From positions 1 through 21,875 of the forward strand of contig NQJD01000040.1 in assembly GCA_004284765.1 (NCBI GenBank): 21,875 nt of DNA, read 5' to 3'. Shown here in pieces: positions 1 to 7,767 of the stretch (positions within the stretch are counted from its first letter, which is position 1; each line of letters opens with the position of its first letter). The notes under the pieces are model-generated. The model saw nothing but the letters and a program-made list of their open reading frames with translations, made no database searches and was not told where the DNA came from. The stretch is from Candidatus Electronema aureum (lineage in GTDB: Bacteria > Desulfobacterota > Desulfobulbia > Desulfobulbales > Desulfobulbaceae). The position numbers and the translations under genes are program-made.

Positions 1-183
1 GTCTGATTCGTAAAATTTTGGCGCACACTGTTTGTGTCTTCCTTAATTTGGTCTATAACCGCCCTCCACTTGACTTGGATGGCTTGATTGCTGCCTAATC
101 AAGTTTAAAAGAGTTGCACATTAGGTAGGGTAGCCTGTTCCTCTTGTTCATCCCCCTATCGCCGCTTACCGGAAATCGCTCCT

Positions 184-1536
184 ATGCTGTGGAACACTGT
201 CAAAAAGACTTTATGCGCCGCACTCCCTGAAAGCGAGTACAGTCTCTGGATTCAACCCATAGTCTGTGTGCGGGAAACCAGCCAAGTATTGGAAATCGCT
301 TGTCCAGACCGCTTTTTCTGTGCTTGGATCAAAGATCGCTACTTAAAGCTGATTGAAGCTAGCCTTGGCAGCTTGACCGGTAGTCCGCCAGCCATTTCTC
401 TGACTGTTTCTGCTACTGTCGCACCTGTTCCTCAGCCAGAGCAGAATGGCTCTGGACAACTGCGCTTGCCGGGTCTGCCTCGCTTCAAGGCCACTGTCCG
501 CTCACTGCATCCTGGCTACACCTTTGAACAATTTATGGTCGGTGATTCAAACTTAATGGCGCGCGCTGCTTGCCGGGCTATTGCTGATGCTGATCCTGCT
601 TTTGGCAACAGTCTTTTTCTCACCTCCAGTACTGGTCTGGGCAAAAGTCATCTGACTCAGGCAGTGGTGCATCAGGTGATGAACAGTGCACCGCAGACTC
701 GGATGCACTATCTCACTGCCCAGCAATTTTCAGCAGAAATGGTGAAGTGCATCCGCGAGAACACAATGGAGCAATTCTCCGGCAAGTTCATTCAAGGCTG
801 TGATTTACTCTTGGTTGAGGATGTTCACACCTTGAGCGGCAAGACCAAGACCCAAGAAGAGCTGAACAACATTCTCGATTATCTGATTAAAGCAGGAAAA
901 CGAGTTATTCTGACTTCAGCAGTAGCCCCACGCTCGTTGAACGGTGTAGATGAGGATTTTCGTTCCCGCATGACTTCTGGCTTGGTTACGGACATTAAGG
1001 CCCCAGAATACAACACCAGGGCCGCAATCATCCGGCACAAGGCCGCTGGGAGCCGCTTACCCTTGGCAGACGAGCATATTCATCTCTTAGCCGAGCATCT
1101 TCAGGGTGACATTCGCCGAATTGAAAATGCGGTACTGGGCCTGCGGGCCAAGGCGAGCCTCTATAATGCGCCGTTAGACACCGACATGGTGCGTGAGGTG
1201 CTGGAGGGCTTAGTCAGTCTTGATTTGAGCAACCGGAAAAACCTCAGCGGTGAATCCATCCGTGAACTCGTGAGCAGCCAATTTCGGGTCTCGATTGATG
1301 AATTAGTCTCTCGCTCCCGCAAGCGTAACGTAACTTTTCCTCGGCAGATCGCTATGTATCTGACCAGAAAATATACCGAACAGTCTTTAGCAAACATCGG
1401 CAATCTGTACCAGCGCGATCATTCCACCGTGCTGTATGCGATCAAAACGGTCAGTCGTGACATTGTTCAGAAAAGCAGCGTTCGGCAGCAGGTGGAAATG
1501 TTGACGGATAAGCTGAGTACTCCTGATGCAAATTAA
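184..1536 (+). CDS. dnaA: Chromosomal replication initiator protein DnaA
   Basis: 450-aa ORF with an AAA+ Walker A 'SSTGLGKSHL' and Walker B-like 'LLLVEDVH'. The C-terminal DNA-binding helix region 'RQIAMYLTRKYT..SLANIG..YQRDHSTVLYA' is typical of DnaA domain IV. Confidence 0.95.
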   Translation: MLWNTVKKTLCAALPESEYSLWIQPIVCVRETSQVLEIACPDRFFCAWIKDRYLKLIEASLGSLTGSPPAISLTVSATVAPVPQPEQNGSGQLRLPGLPRFKATVRSLHPGYTFEQFMVGDSNLMARAACRAIADADPAFGNSLFLTSSTGLGKSHLTQAVVHQVMNSAPQTRMHYLTAQQFSAEMVKCIRENTMEQFSGKFIQGCDLLLVEDVHTLSGKTKTQEELNNILDYLIKAGKRVILTSAVAPRSLNGVDEDFRSRMTSGLVTDIKAPEYNTRAAIIRHKAAGSRLPLADEHIHLLAEHLQGDIRRIENAVLGLRAKASLYNAPLDTDMVREVLEGLVSLDLSNRKNLSGESIRELVSSQFRVSIDELVSRSRKRNVTFPRQIAMYLTRKYTEQSLANIGNLYQRDHSTVLYAIKTVSRDIVQKSSVRQQVEMLTDKLSTPDAN

Positions 1537-1632
1537 GAGTAGGCCGATTGCTCCCCAAGAGGCCTCCAAATCATTCCACCTGCAAATCCAACCCTTTTTC
1601 ACCCTATTTAGCATTTTCTCCGCAGCTCGCCC

Positions 1633-1661
1633 TTGACGAAGAGCTGTTCATTGATTAATAC
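1633..1661 (+). promoter_or_regulatory. Putative sigma70 promoter for tRNA-Leu
   Basis: TTGACG (1633-1638), 17-nt spacer, TAATAC (1656-1661). It ends 16 nt upstream of the tRNA 5' end. Confidence 0.4.
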
Positions 1662-1677
1662 TAGAGAATTAACGCGA

Positions 1678-1763
1678 GCGAGAGTGGCGAAACTGGCAGA
1701 CGCACTGGACTTAGGATCCAGCGCACCTAGTGTGTAGGGGTTCAAATCCCCTCTCTCGCACCA
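1678..1763 (+). tRNA. tRNA-Leu (anticodon TAG), type II with long variable arm, encoded CCA
   Basis: Hand-folded cloverleaf. The acceptor stem is GCGAGAG/CTCTCGC, the anticodon stem-loop is CTGGA-CTTAGGA-TCCAG, the T-arm is AGGGG-TTCAAAT-CCCCT, and the 3' end is ACCA. Confidence 0.9.
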
Positions 1764-1884
1764 TTTTCTTCAACAACACGATCCCATATTCAGGAGACGG
1801 GCAGCAGAGGATAACCAATGCTCCTGCCTGGATTGAGATAACTTCTGCCCAGGGCAGGCAATCCGAACTAAGGAATTTGAGTCG

Positions 1885-3216
1885 ATGGAAATAGCAGTCG
1901 AAGAACTGAGCGAATTGACCCGGAAGCTGACTGTCACCGTGCCTGCGGAGGACGTACAGAAGGAGCTTAACACTGCCTATGGCAAGCTGAAAAAGGATGT
2001 TCATCTCAAGGGATTTCGCAAGGGCAAGGCTCCCATGTCCATTCTAGAGAAGAACTACGGGGACAGGGTACAGGCTGAAGTTGCTGAGAAGCTGGTGCAG
2101 GACACCTATTTCGACGCAGTGGAGCAGAAAGAGTTGGATGTGGTGGTTCATCCTGAAATCCGTGAGACGAGTTTTGCGGATGATGGTACGTTTGTTTATG
2201 TCGCCTTAGTTGATGTCAAACCAGTATTCGAGATAAGCCAGTACAAGGGTTTGGAGATAGAGAAGCCTGCGATCAAAGTAACTGATGCTGATGTTGATCG
2301 TAAGCTGGAAGAACTGCGGCGCAACCATGCTGTGCTCAGAACCGCTGCTGACGATCATGGCGTGGCTGAGGATGACATCGTTACGGTTGATTTCCAAGGC
2401 TTCCACAACGAGAAGCCGATGAAGGAAGTGCATAACGAGAATTATTCTATCGACGTAGGTGCCAAGCGGCTGGGTGCGGAGTTTGAAGAGCAACTCACTG
2501 GTCTGAAGAAAGGTGAGTCTGCCCTCTACGAGACTGAGTTTCCTGCTGACTATCCTAACCCGGTAATGGCAGGTAAGACCATTGAGTTCAAGGTTGATGT
2601 CAAAGAGATCAAGGAACGGATCAAGCCTGCCCTTGATGATGAGTTTGCCAAAGATGTTGATGCGAAATATAGCAGTCTTGCTGATCTGCGGGCAGATATA
2701 GCGGAAGAGCTGCGCAAGCAGCGGGAAGCTGCCCAAGAAGGAGACTTGGCTGACCGTCTGATGCAAAAGCTAATCGCCATGAATCAATTCCCGGTGCCGG
2801 AACGGGCGGTGAACTACGAGATTCAGGAGATGATTAATCAGACCGAGGAGCGGCTGAAGCGCACTGGTCTGACCTTGGAGACTGCTGGTCTCAAGCGCGA
2901 AGAGCTGGCCAAGCAGCACCATGAGTCGGCGGAGAAGCGGGTATGTGGTGACTTCCTGCTCAAGAAAGTAGCCGAGCTGGAAGAAATCAAGCTGGCGGAC
3001 GAGGACATCGAGCGCGGCTATCAGCGCATCGCCATGCAGTACAAGATGACTGTGCCGGAAGTGAAGCAATATTTCCAGCGGCGTGAGGAGATCATGCCCT
3101 TCCTTGCCGAACTGCTGAACGAGAAAATCCTCCGCTTCCTGCTCGACGCGGCCAAGATCACCGAGGCGCAGGCGGCGGCAATGGAAGAGGAAGCTGCGGA
3201 AGCGCAGCAGGCATAG
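1885..3216 (+). CDS. tig: Trigger factor (ribosome-associated peptidyl-prolyl isomerase chaperone)
   Basis: 443-aa ORF whose N-terminus 'MEIAVEELSELTRKLTVTVPAEDV' and 'GFRKGKAP' ribosome-binding signature are typical of Tig. It sits in the conserved tig-clpP-clpX arrangement. Confidence 0.93.
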   Translation: MEIAVEELSELTRKLTVTVPAEDVQKELNTAYGKLKKDVHLKGFRKGKAPMSILEKNYGDRVQAEVAEKLVQDTYFDAVEQKELDVVVHPEIRETSFADDGTFVYVALVDVKPVFEISQYKGLEIEKPAIKVTDADVDRKLEELRRNHAVLRTAADDHGVAEDDIVTVDFQGFHNEKPMKEVHNENYSIDVGAKRLGAEFEEQLTGLKKGESALYETEFPADYPNPVMAGKTIEFKVDVKEIKERIKPALDDEFAKDVDAKYSSLADLRADIAEELRKQREAAQEGDLADRLMQKLIAMNQFPVPERAVNYEIQEMINQTEERLKRTGLTLETAGLKREELAKQHHESAEKRVCGDFLLKKVAELEEIKLADEDIERGYQRIAMQYKMTVPEVKQYFQRREEIMPFLAELLNEKILRFLLDAAKITEAQAAAMEEEAAEAQQA

Positions 3217-3243
3217 GCCGGAACCCTTTATTTTGTCTATGAG

Positions 3244-3274
3244 CCGGACAGACTGCTGTCCGGTTTTTTGTTTT
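3244..3274 (+). terminator. Rho-independent terminator after tig
   Basis: Stem CCGGACAG (3244-3251) / CTGTCCGG (3256-3263) with loop ACTG, followed by TTTTTTGTTTT. Confidence 0.7.
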
Positions 3275-3285
3275 AAGGAGCGATC

Positions 3286-3882
3286 ATGAATCTTGTGCCA
3301 ATGGTGGTTGAGCAGAGTCCGCGCGGCGAGCGGGCTTTTGACATTTACTCGCGCCTGCTGCGGGAGCGCATCGTCTTTCTCGGCACGCCGGTAAACGACG
3401 ATGTTTCCAGCCTGATTGTCGCCCAGCTGCTGTTTCTCGAAGCGGACGACCCGGACAAGGACATCACCTTCTACATCAACTCGCCCGGCGGCTCTGTCAC
3501 CGCAGGCATGGCCATTTACGACACCATGCAGTACATCCGCTGCGACGTGGCCACGCTCTGCATGGGCCAGGCGGCCTCAATGGGCGCGTTCCTGCTGGCT
3601 GCCGGCGCGGCGGGCAAACGCTATGCCTTGCCCAACTCGCGGATCATGATTCATCAGCCGATGGGCGGCTATCAGGGCCAAGCCACGGACATTGAGATTC
3701 ATGCCAAAGAAATTCTGCGGATGCGGGCTGATCTCAACACCATTTTGGCCAAACACACCGGCAAGCCGGTCAAGCAGATCGAGCAGGACACTGAGCGCGA
3801 CAACTTCATGGCCGCGCCGGAAGCGAAAGAATACGGCCTGATTGACAAGGTGCTGGAGCGCAGGGAGGAGGCCAAGGCATGA
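3286..3882 (+). CDS. clpP: ATP-dependent Clp protease proteolytic subunit ClpP
   Basis: 198-aa ORF with AAGGAG RBS at 3275-3280. Motifs 'RIVFLG..V.D', '[18 protein letters not shown]', '[14 protein letters not shown]' (catalytic Ser) and 'IMIHQP' (catalytic His) are present. Confidence 0.97.
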   Translation: MNLVPMVVEQSPRGERAFDIYSRLLRERIVFLGTPVNDDVSSLIVAQLLFLEADDPDKDITFYINSPGGSVTAGMAIYDTMQYIRCDVATLCMGQAASMGAFLLAAGAAGKRYALPNSRIMIHQPMGGYQGQATDIEIHAKEILRMRADLNTILAKHTGKPVKQIEQDTERDNFMAAPEAKEYGLIDKVLERREEAKA

Positions 3883-5156
3883 GCGACGAACTGACCGGCA
3901 GCTCCGCTGGCTCGCGCGCCTGCTCCTTCTGCGGTCGGGACGAGGCAGAAGTGGCGCGGCTGATTGCCGGGCCGGATGTCTATATTTGCAGCGAGTGCGT
4001 GGAAATCTGCAACGGGATGATCAAAGAGCCTGCTGACGGCGCGGCCCAGCCTGCGGCGGTCGAGCCGCCCAGCCTGCTCAAGCCCAAGGAGATTCACGCC
4101 CATTTGAATGATTACGTCATCGGCCAAGACTACGCCAAGCGGGTGCTGGCCGTGGCGGTGCATAATCATTACAAGCGGATCAGCTCCCGCATCGCTGGCA
4201 AGGGCGATGTGAACGCGGTGGAAATTCAGAAATCCAACATCGTTCTGATCGGCCCGACCGGCAGCGGCAAGACCCTGCTCGCGCAGACCTTGGCCCGCGT
4301 CCTCAACGTACCCTTCAGCATCGCCGACGCGACCACGCTGACTGAGGCGGGTTATGTCGGCGACGACGTGGAGACCATCCTTGTCGGCCTGCTTCAGGCG
4401 GCAGACTACGACGTGGAACGGGCGCAGCGCGGCATTGTCTATATTGACGAGATCGACAAAATCGCCCGCAAGTCCGACTCGCCCTCGCTGACCCGCGACG
4501 TGTCCGGCGAAGGCGTGCAGCAGGCCCTGCTCAAGATGATCGAGGGCACCACCGCCTCAGTGCCGCCCAAAGGCGGACGCAAGCATCCGCAGCAGGATTT
4601 GATCAAGATTGACACCACCGACATTCTTTTCATCGTCGGCGGGGCGTTTGTCGGCTTGGACAAGGTGATCAAGCGGCGCGGCGGCAAGAAGTCCATCGGC
4701 TTCGGCGCGAAAATCCACTTGGATAAGGAGAAGAGCGAGGGCGATCTGCTGGCTGAAGTGCAGCCGGAAGACCTGCTCAAGTTCGGCCTGATCCCGGAGC
4801 TGGTGGGCCGTCTGCCGGTCATTGCGCCGATGCGCGAGCTGCGCGAGGAGGACTTGATCCGCATCCTCAAGGAGCCGAAGAACGCCCTGACCAAGCAATA
4901 TATGAAGCTCTTCGAGCTGGAAGGCATCACGCTTCGCTTCACCGAAGAGGCCCTGAACGCCGCAGCCAAAAAGGCGCTGGAGCGCAAGGCCGGGGCGCGC
5001 GGGCTGCGCTCGGTGATGGAAAGCGCGATGCTCGATGTGATGTACGAGCTGCCCTCGGATGACTATGCGGTGGAATGCGTGATCAGCGAGGAGGTGATCA
5101 GCAAAGGCGAGCAGCCTGCTGTGACCCGCGATGAGAAGCGGCGGAAAGCGGCGTGA
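3879..5156 (+). CDS. clpX: ATP-dependent Clp protease ATP-binding subunit ClpX
   Basis: 425-aa ORF whose start overlaps the clpP stop as ATGA. It has an N-terminal C4 zinc finger 'CSFCG...CSEC', Walker A 'GPTGSGKT', Walker B 'IVYIDEIDK' and a C-terminal 'GARGLRS' motif. Confidence 0.97.
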   Translation: MSDELTGSSAGSRACSFCGRDEAEVARLIAGPDVYICSECVEICNGMIKEPADGAAQPAAVEPPSLLKPKEIHAHLNDYVIGQDYAKRVLAVAVHNHYKRISSRIAGKGDVNAVEIQKSNIVLIGPTGSGKTLLAQTLARVLNVPFSIADATTLTEAGYVGDDVETILVGLLQAADYDVERAQRGIVYIDEIDKIARKSDSPSLTRDVSGEGVQQALLKMIEGTTASVPPKGGRKHPQQDLIKIDTTDILFIVGGAFVGLDKVIKRRGGKKSIGFGAKIHLDKEKSEGDLLAEVQPEDLLKFGLIPELVGRLPVIAPMRELREEDLIRILKEPKNALTKQYMKLFELEGITLRFTEEALNAAAKKALERKAGARGLRSVMESAMLDVMYELPSDDYAVECVISEEVISKGEQPAVTRDEKRRKAA

Positions 5157-5158
5157 AA

Positions 5159-5186
5159 GCAGGGGCGAAAGATTTTCCGCCCCTGC
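5159..5186 (+). terminator. Possible terminator hairpin after clpX
   Basis: GCAGGGGCG (5159-5167) pairs with CGCCCCTGC (5178-5186). Only a weak T-tract (TTCTATTG) follows. Confidence 0.4.
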
Positions 5187-5311
5187 TTCTATTGCAACGT
5201 TCAACTGAGGAGCAATGAGCTGCCTGAGCGGAGCCGAAGGCGGCGGCGGCGGTTTCGGCTCGCTCAACCGCCTTGTCCATTCAAGCAGGGCTGGGCGGCA
5301 AAGCAGGCCAA

Positions 5312-5710
5312 TTAACGAACAAGCTCAAACAGCGCAAAGCGAGCTGCTTTCCTGTCAAAGGTCATGACGACTTCACAGCCCTGCGCTTTGGCAGCATGAG
5401 CAATTAACAGATCAGAAAGATCGTATTTGCTCTCCTGCGCGGCTTGGATGAAATGATGCAGAACTGGACGATGCTCAAAGTTCAGCACCGGCATCAGGAG
5501 CAACTCCCGCAGCGCATCTAATATCTCATGCCTCGGTATTGCATAGACTGATTCCAGCACCCAGATCAATTCCAAGATGACCAGCAAAGGAACAAAGAGT
5601 TCGCTCCGGGCTGCTTCCGCCTTCTTGAACAGGTCGTACACCTTCCTTGCCTGTGTCTCGTCATCACCAACAAGAAAACGGACAAGGATGTTTGTGTCAA
5701 TGCCTTTCAC
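5312..5710 (-). CDS. vapC: PIN-domain toxin, VapC family
   Basis: 132-aa ORF starting 'MKGIDTNILVR' (PIN Asp in DTN). Later acidic positions occur in 'LSDLLIA' and 'TFD'. It overlaps the upstream antitoxin gene by 4 nt. Confidence 0.85.
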   Translation of the reverse strand: MKGIDTNILVRFLVGDDETQARKVYDLFKKAEAARSELFVPLLVILELIWVLESVYAIPRHEILDALRELLLMPVLNFEHRPVLHHFIQAAQESKYDLSDLLIAHAAKAQGCEVVMTFDRKAARFALFELVR

Positions 5711-5955
5711 TTGAAGCGTTCCTTGACGCGCTTTTTCACAGCCTCATCCATCTCTGCCAAGGTTGCCGCTTGTCTGCCCGGCTTATGCAGTTTGCAGAAC
5801 ACCTCGTCAACCTTCTTGGCAACAGGTCTGATCACCGCCTCCTGGTTCTCGTTGAGAACGATTTCCAGTTTGTCGCCAGGACGCAGCTTCATTGCGTCTC
5901 TGATGTGTTTTGGGATCGTCATCTGCCCCTTGGCAGTAAGTGTTGACAGCAGCAT
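5707..5955 (-). CDS. vapB: AbrB/SpoVT-fold antitoxin, VapB family
   Basis: 82-aa ORF with 'LTAKGQMTIPKHIRDAMKLRPGDKLEIV', a looped-hinge-helix AbrB/MazE-type motif. It lies directly upstream of the PIN gene and overlaps it. Confidence 0.8.
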   Translation of the reverse strand: MLLSTLTAKGQMTIPKHIRDAMKLRPGDKLEIVLNENQEAVIRPVAKKVDEVFCKLHKPGRQAATLAEMDEAVKKRVKERFK

Positions 5956-6159
5956 GTGTTCTCCTGTTCTGATAGGTGGTTAGGGATTACTGCGCTCTCC
6001 CCCAGCCTGCGTTAGGCTGTTTGCTCTGTGTAACCGTTTTCCCAGCATAGTGCAAGCAATTGCCGTTGCTTCAAGGAGAAATAACCACGCCTGCGCCATC
6101 GTTCTTGCAAGCCGGGCGAGAATCCCCAGCCCGGCTGCCAGCCGCTTACGGATCAAGCT

Positions 6160-6348
6160 CTATTCAATATTCCCTTTCCGCTGCACTCGTGCTTCGCAGT
6201 CTGCATCAATGTCCCATGCTCCACCGGTGTTGCCACGAAGATCATTGTCCTCGAAGGTGCCGCCTCCTTTGTCCAATACCGAAATACCCCCATAACCGTT
6301 CTTGGAGATACGGTCAGGGCGCGGCAAGGATGCAGCCGGTAGATCACC
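6160..6348 (-). pseudogene. C-terminal remnant of a right-handed parallel beta-helix (CASH-type) repeat protein
   Basis: My own translation of a minus-strand frame without a start codon gives 'GDLPAASLPRPDRISKNGYGGISVLDKGGGTFEDNDLRGNTGGAWDIDADCEARVQRKGNIE*'. The 'GI.V...G...ED N.L.GN..G' periodicity is typical of beta-helix repeats. No N-terminal part is present. Confidence 0.35.
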
Positions 6349-6361
6349 TCAATATTGCTCA

Positions 6362-7405
6362 TCACCCCTTCTTGCTGTGCAGGTCAAACGCCACCTCGTA
6401 GGACTTACCTTTCGCCAGCGCGGTCGCGGGCGGAACATACTTGAACAGCAACGCCGAGAACTCATACTCAAAATCCCCGACAAACTGCGGATCGTCATTG
6501 TTGACCGTAACTGTCCTGCCATTGACGCTGTGACTCGGCTGCGCGGCCTCGTGCCAATACTTGCTGATCACTCTGTCTGGGTAAAACGTCAACTGCCCTG
6601 TTTTCTGTCCATTCTGAAACTTCAGCGTGTCCGTCCGCGTTCGCTTAACCGTGCCGACCAGCCGGTACTCGCCGACCTTATATTCAATCTTGTCAAACAC
6701 CTCTCCGTCCGGGGGCTGGGCGAGGAAGTAGAACGGCTTGTTTTCCGTTTGCGTCCAGCCGCTGGTTCCATTTGTTTCCTCGTCCGGCTCCTGCACCCAG
6801 CCGGATGAGGAAGCTGCACCCGCTGCACTCTGCGGGTCGTTCTCAGGCTGCTTGCCCGCTGACTGCGCAGCAGCGGCGCGGGCAGCGTCAGCCTCGCTTC
6901 GCTCCAACGCCGCCACAATCTGCTCCGCTATCTTTGTAATAGCCTTGCGAAGCTGTGGCGAGGTAAATGGCTCATGGCGCAACTCCCTCCAGTCCGCATA
7001 CTGCCGGGCGGCGATAATCTGCGCCAGCGGGTCATGTTTCAGCTTCTCTTTGTCCTTCAGCACAGGACAGGTGGCATAATAGACCGGCAGAATCAAATCG
7101 CCTCGGCCCAGCTCCTCTTCCCGCTTGAGAAAACGCTCAAGCTCCGCACGGCAGGCGGTGCTTTTGAAGAATGCAGGCGTGATGATTGGTAGCAGAAAGG
7201 TGACGGCAGCAAGCGAGGTGTCCAGCCGCTCCTGCCACTGCTGGCCCCAGGCAATGTCCTTGCGGTCTTGAAAGATGTCGAACGCCTCGCCAGTCAGGAA
7301 ACGTACCTCGCCGCTCAAGCGTTCGCGGAACTGCGTCAAGTCCCCATAGTCATGCTGGTCGTTTAAATTCACATAGCTCAGAAAAGCAAGTGGTGTCCGG
7401 CTCAT
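6362..7405 (-). CDS. TIR-domain protein with low-complexity linker and unassigned beta-rich C-terminal domain
   Basis: 347-aa ORF with GGAGGA RBS 7 nt upstream. The N-terminal ~140 aa read as a TIR_2-type domain: 'LAFLSY....D', 'IFQDRKDIAWGQQW', 'LLPIITPAFFKSTACRAELERF'. An Ala/Ser/Gln-rich linker follows, then ~150 aa with no motif I recognise. Confidence 0.8.
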   Translation of the reverse strand: MSRTPLAFLSYVNLNDQHDYGDLTQFRERLSGEVRFLTGEAFDIFQDRKDIAWGQQWQERLDTSLAAVTFLLPIITPAFFKSTACRAELERFLKREEELGRGDLILPVYYATCPVLKDKEKLKHDPLAQIIAARQYADWRELRHEPFTSPQLRKAITKIAEQIVAALERSEADAARAAAAQSAGKQPENDPQSAAGAASSSGWVQEPDEETNGTSGWTQTENKPFYFLAQPPDGEVFDKIEYKVGEYRLVGTVKRTRTDTLKFQNGQKTGQLTFYPDRVISKYWHEAAQPSHSVNGRTVTVNNDDPQFVGDFEYEFSALLFKYVPPATALAKGKSYEVAFDLHSKKG

Positions 7406-7454
7406 CTCAACTTCCTCCGCAGCGGTGTTGGTTGTTTAGTCCTGCATCAGCCGT

Positions 7455-7483
7455 ATAATAACTGTGTTTCTGCCGCGCTGCAA
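7455..7483 (-). promoter_or_regulatory. Putative sigma70 promoter for the TIR gene
   Basis: On the minus strand: TTGCAG (7483-7478), 17-nt spacer, TATTAT (7460-7455). The same AT block reads TATAAT (7454-7459) on the plus strand with TTGTTT 16 nt upstream, so it may be bidirectional. Confidence 0.45.
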
Positions 7484-7508
7484 GCGGTTCAGATTGCGCT
7501 GCTGTTGG

Positions 7509-7623
7509 TGACAGCATGGTGTCATGATATGTGATAGCAGGCTGTCACTCTGAGCAACACTACGCTGTCACTTCCTGTGACACTATGCCGTCACCCTGAG
7601 TGACACTACGCTGTCACTGCACA
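7509..7623. repeat. Five head-to-tail 23-bp repeats, each with a GTGACA-N6-TGTCAC-type dyad
   Basis: Units read directly from the sequence: GACAGCATGGTGTCATGATATGT / GATAGCAGGCTGTCACTCTGAGC / AACACTACGCTGTCACTTCCTGT / GACACTATGCCGTCACCCTGAGT / GACACTACGCTGTCACTGCACAC. The period is exactly 23 bp and the array lies between divergent promoters. Confidence 0.85.
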
Positions 7624-7651
7624 CGCCACCGTAGTGGCACGACATGTCGTG
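7624..7651. promoter_or_regulatory. Two adjacent palindromes downstream of the repeat array
   Basis: GCCAC-CGTA-GTGGC (7624-7637) overlaps a perfect 16-bp palindrome GCACGACATGTCGTGC (7636-7651) that contains the same GACA/TGTC core. Confidence 0.6.
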
Positions 7652-7678
7652 CTCCTGCTCAAAAGGTCTGATAATCCT

Positions 7679-7707
7679 GTTGACAAATCATCTGGCGCGT
7701 CTTAGTT
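7679..7707 (+). promoter_or_regulatory. Putative sigma70 promoter for the HU-like/DUF4469-like gene
   Basis: TTGACA (7679-7684), 17-nt spacer, TAGTTT (7702-7707), about 60 nt upstream of the ATG at 7768. Confidence 0.4.
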
Positions 7708-7767
7708 TTGTCTTGATGCGCCACGACCTTCCTGCATCTCTTCCTTTCCTCTCACCGGAGAACAGTC

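Noticed and set aside
1-183. oriC or a DnaA-box cluster upstream of dnaA.
   Set aside because: I could not find convincing matches to TTATCCACA-type boxes by eye. Only a CTTGATT-N7-AATCAAG dyad (84-104) and a TTGACT -35-like hexamer are present. The window edge truncates the region, so nothing can be concluded.
5231-5261. The hairpin GAGCCGAA-(GGC)n-TTCGGCTC between clpX and vapC.
   Set aside because: It has an 8-bp stem with a 15-nt GGC-repeat loop and no T-tract on either strand. That is not enough to call a terminator or a repeat element.
4557-5267. Long antisense or shadow ORFs opposite well-supported genes. Examples are 4557-5267(-), 4439-4987(-), 3699-4169(-), 2206-2766(-), 7702-8505(-), 12585-13154(-), 17839-18762(-), 19735-20298(+), 20626-21276(+), 21308-21718(+), 10036-10503(+) and 9109-9660(+).
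   Set aside because: Each lies entirely opposite or out of frame within a gene that has clear family motifs. The translations are Arg/Ala/Leu/Ser-rich with no recognisable motifs, as expected for open frames in GC-rich DNA.
7509-7623. The possibility that this array, or the one at 17757-17848, is a CRISPR array.
   Set aside because: The units are contiguous 23-bp repeats with no unique spacers, and they are too short and too few. No cas genes or leader are present.
7634-7650. A sigma54 promoter suggested by TGGCACG.
   Set aside because: The -12 element would read GTCGT instead of TTGC(A/T) at the required spacing. The TGGCAC is better explained as part of overlapping palindromes.
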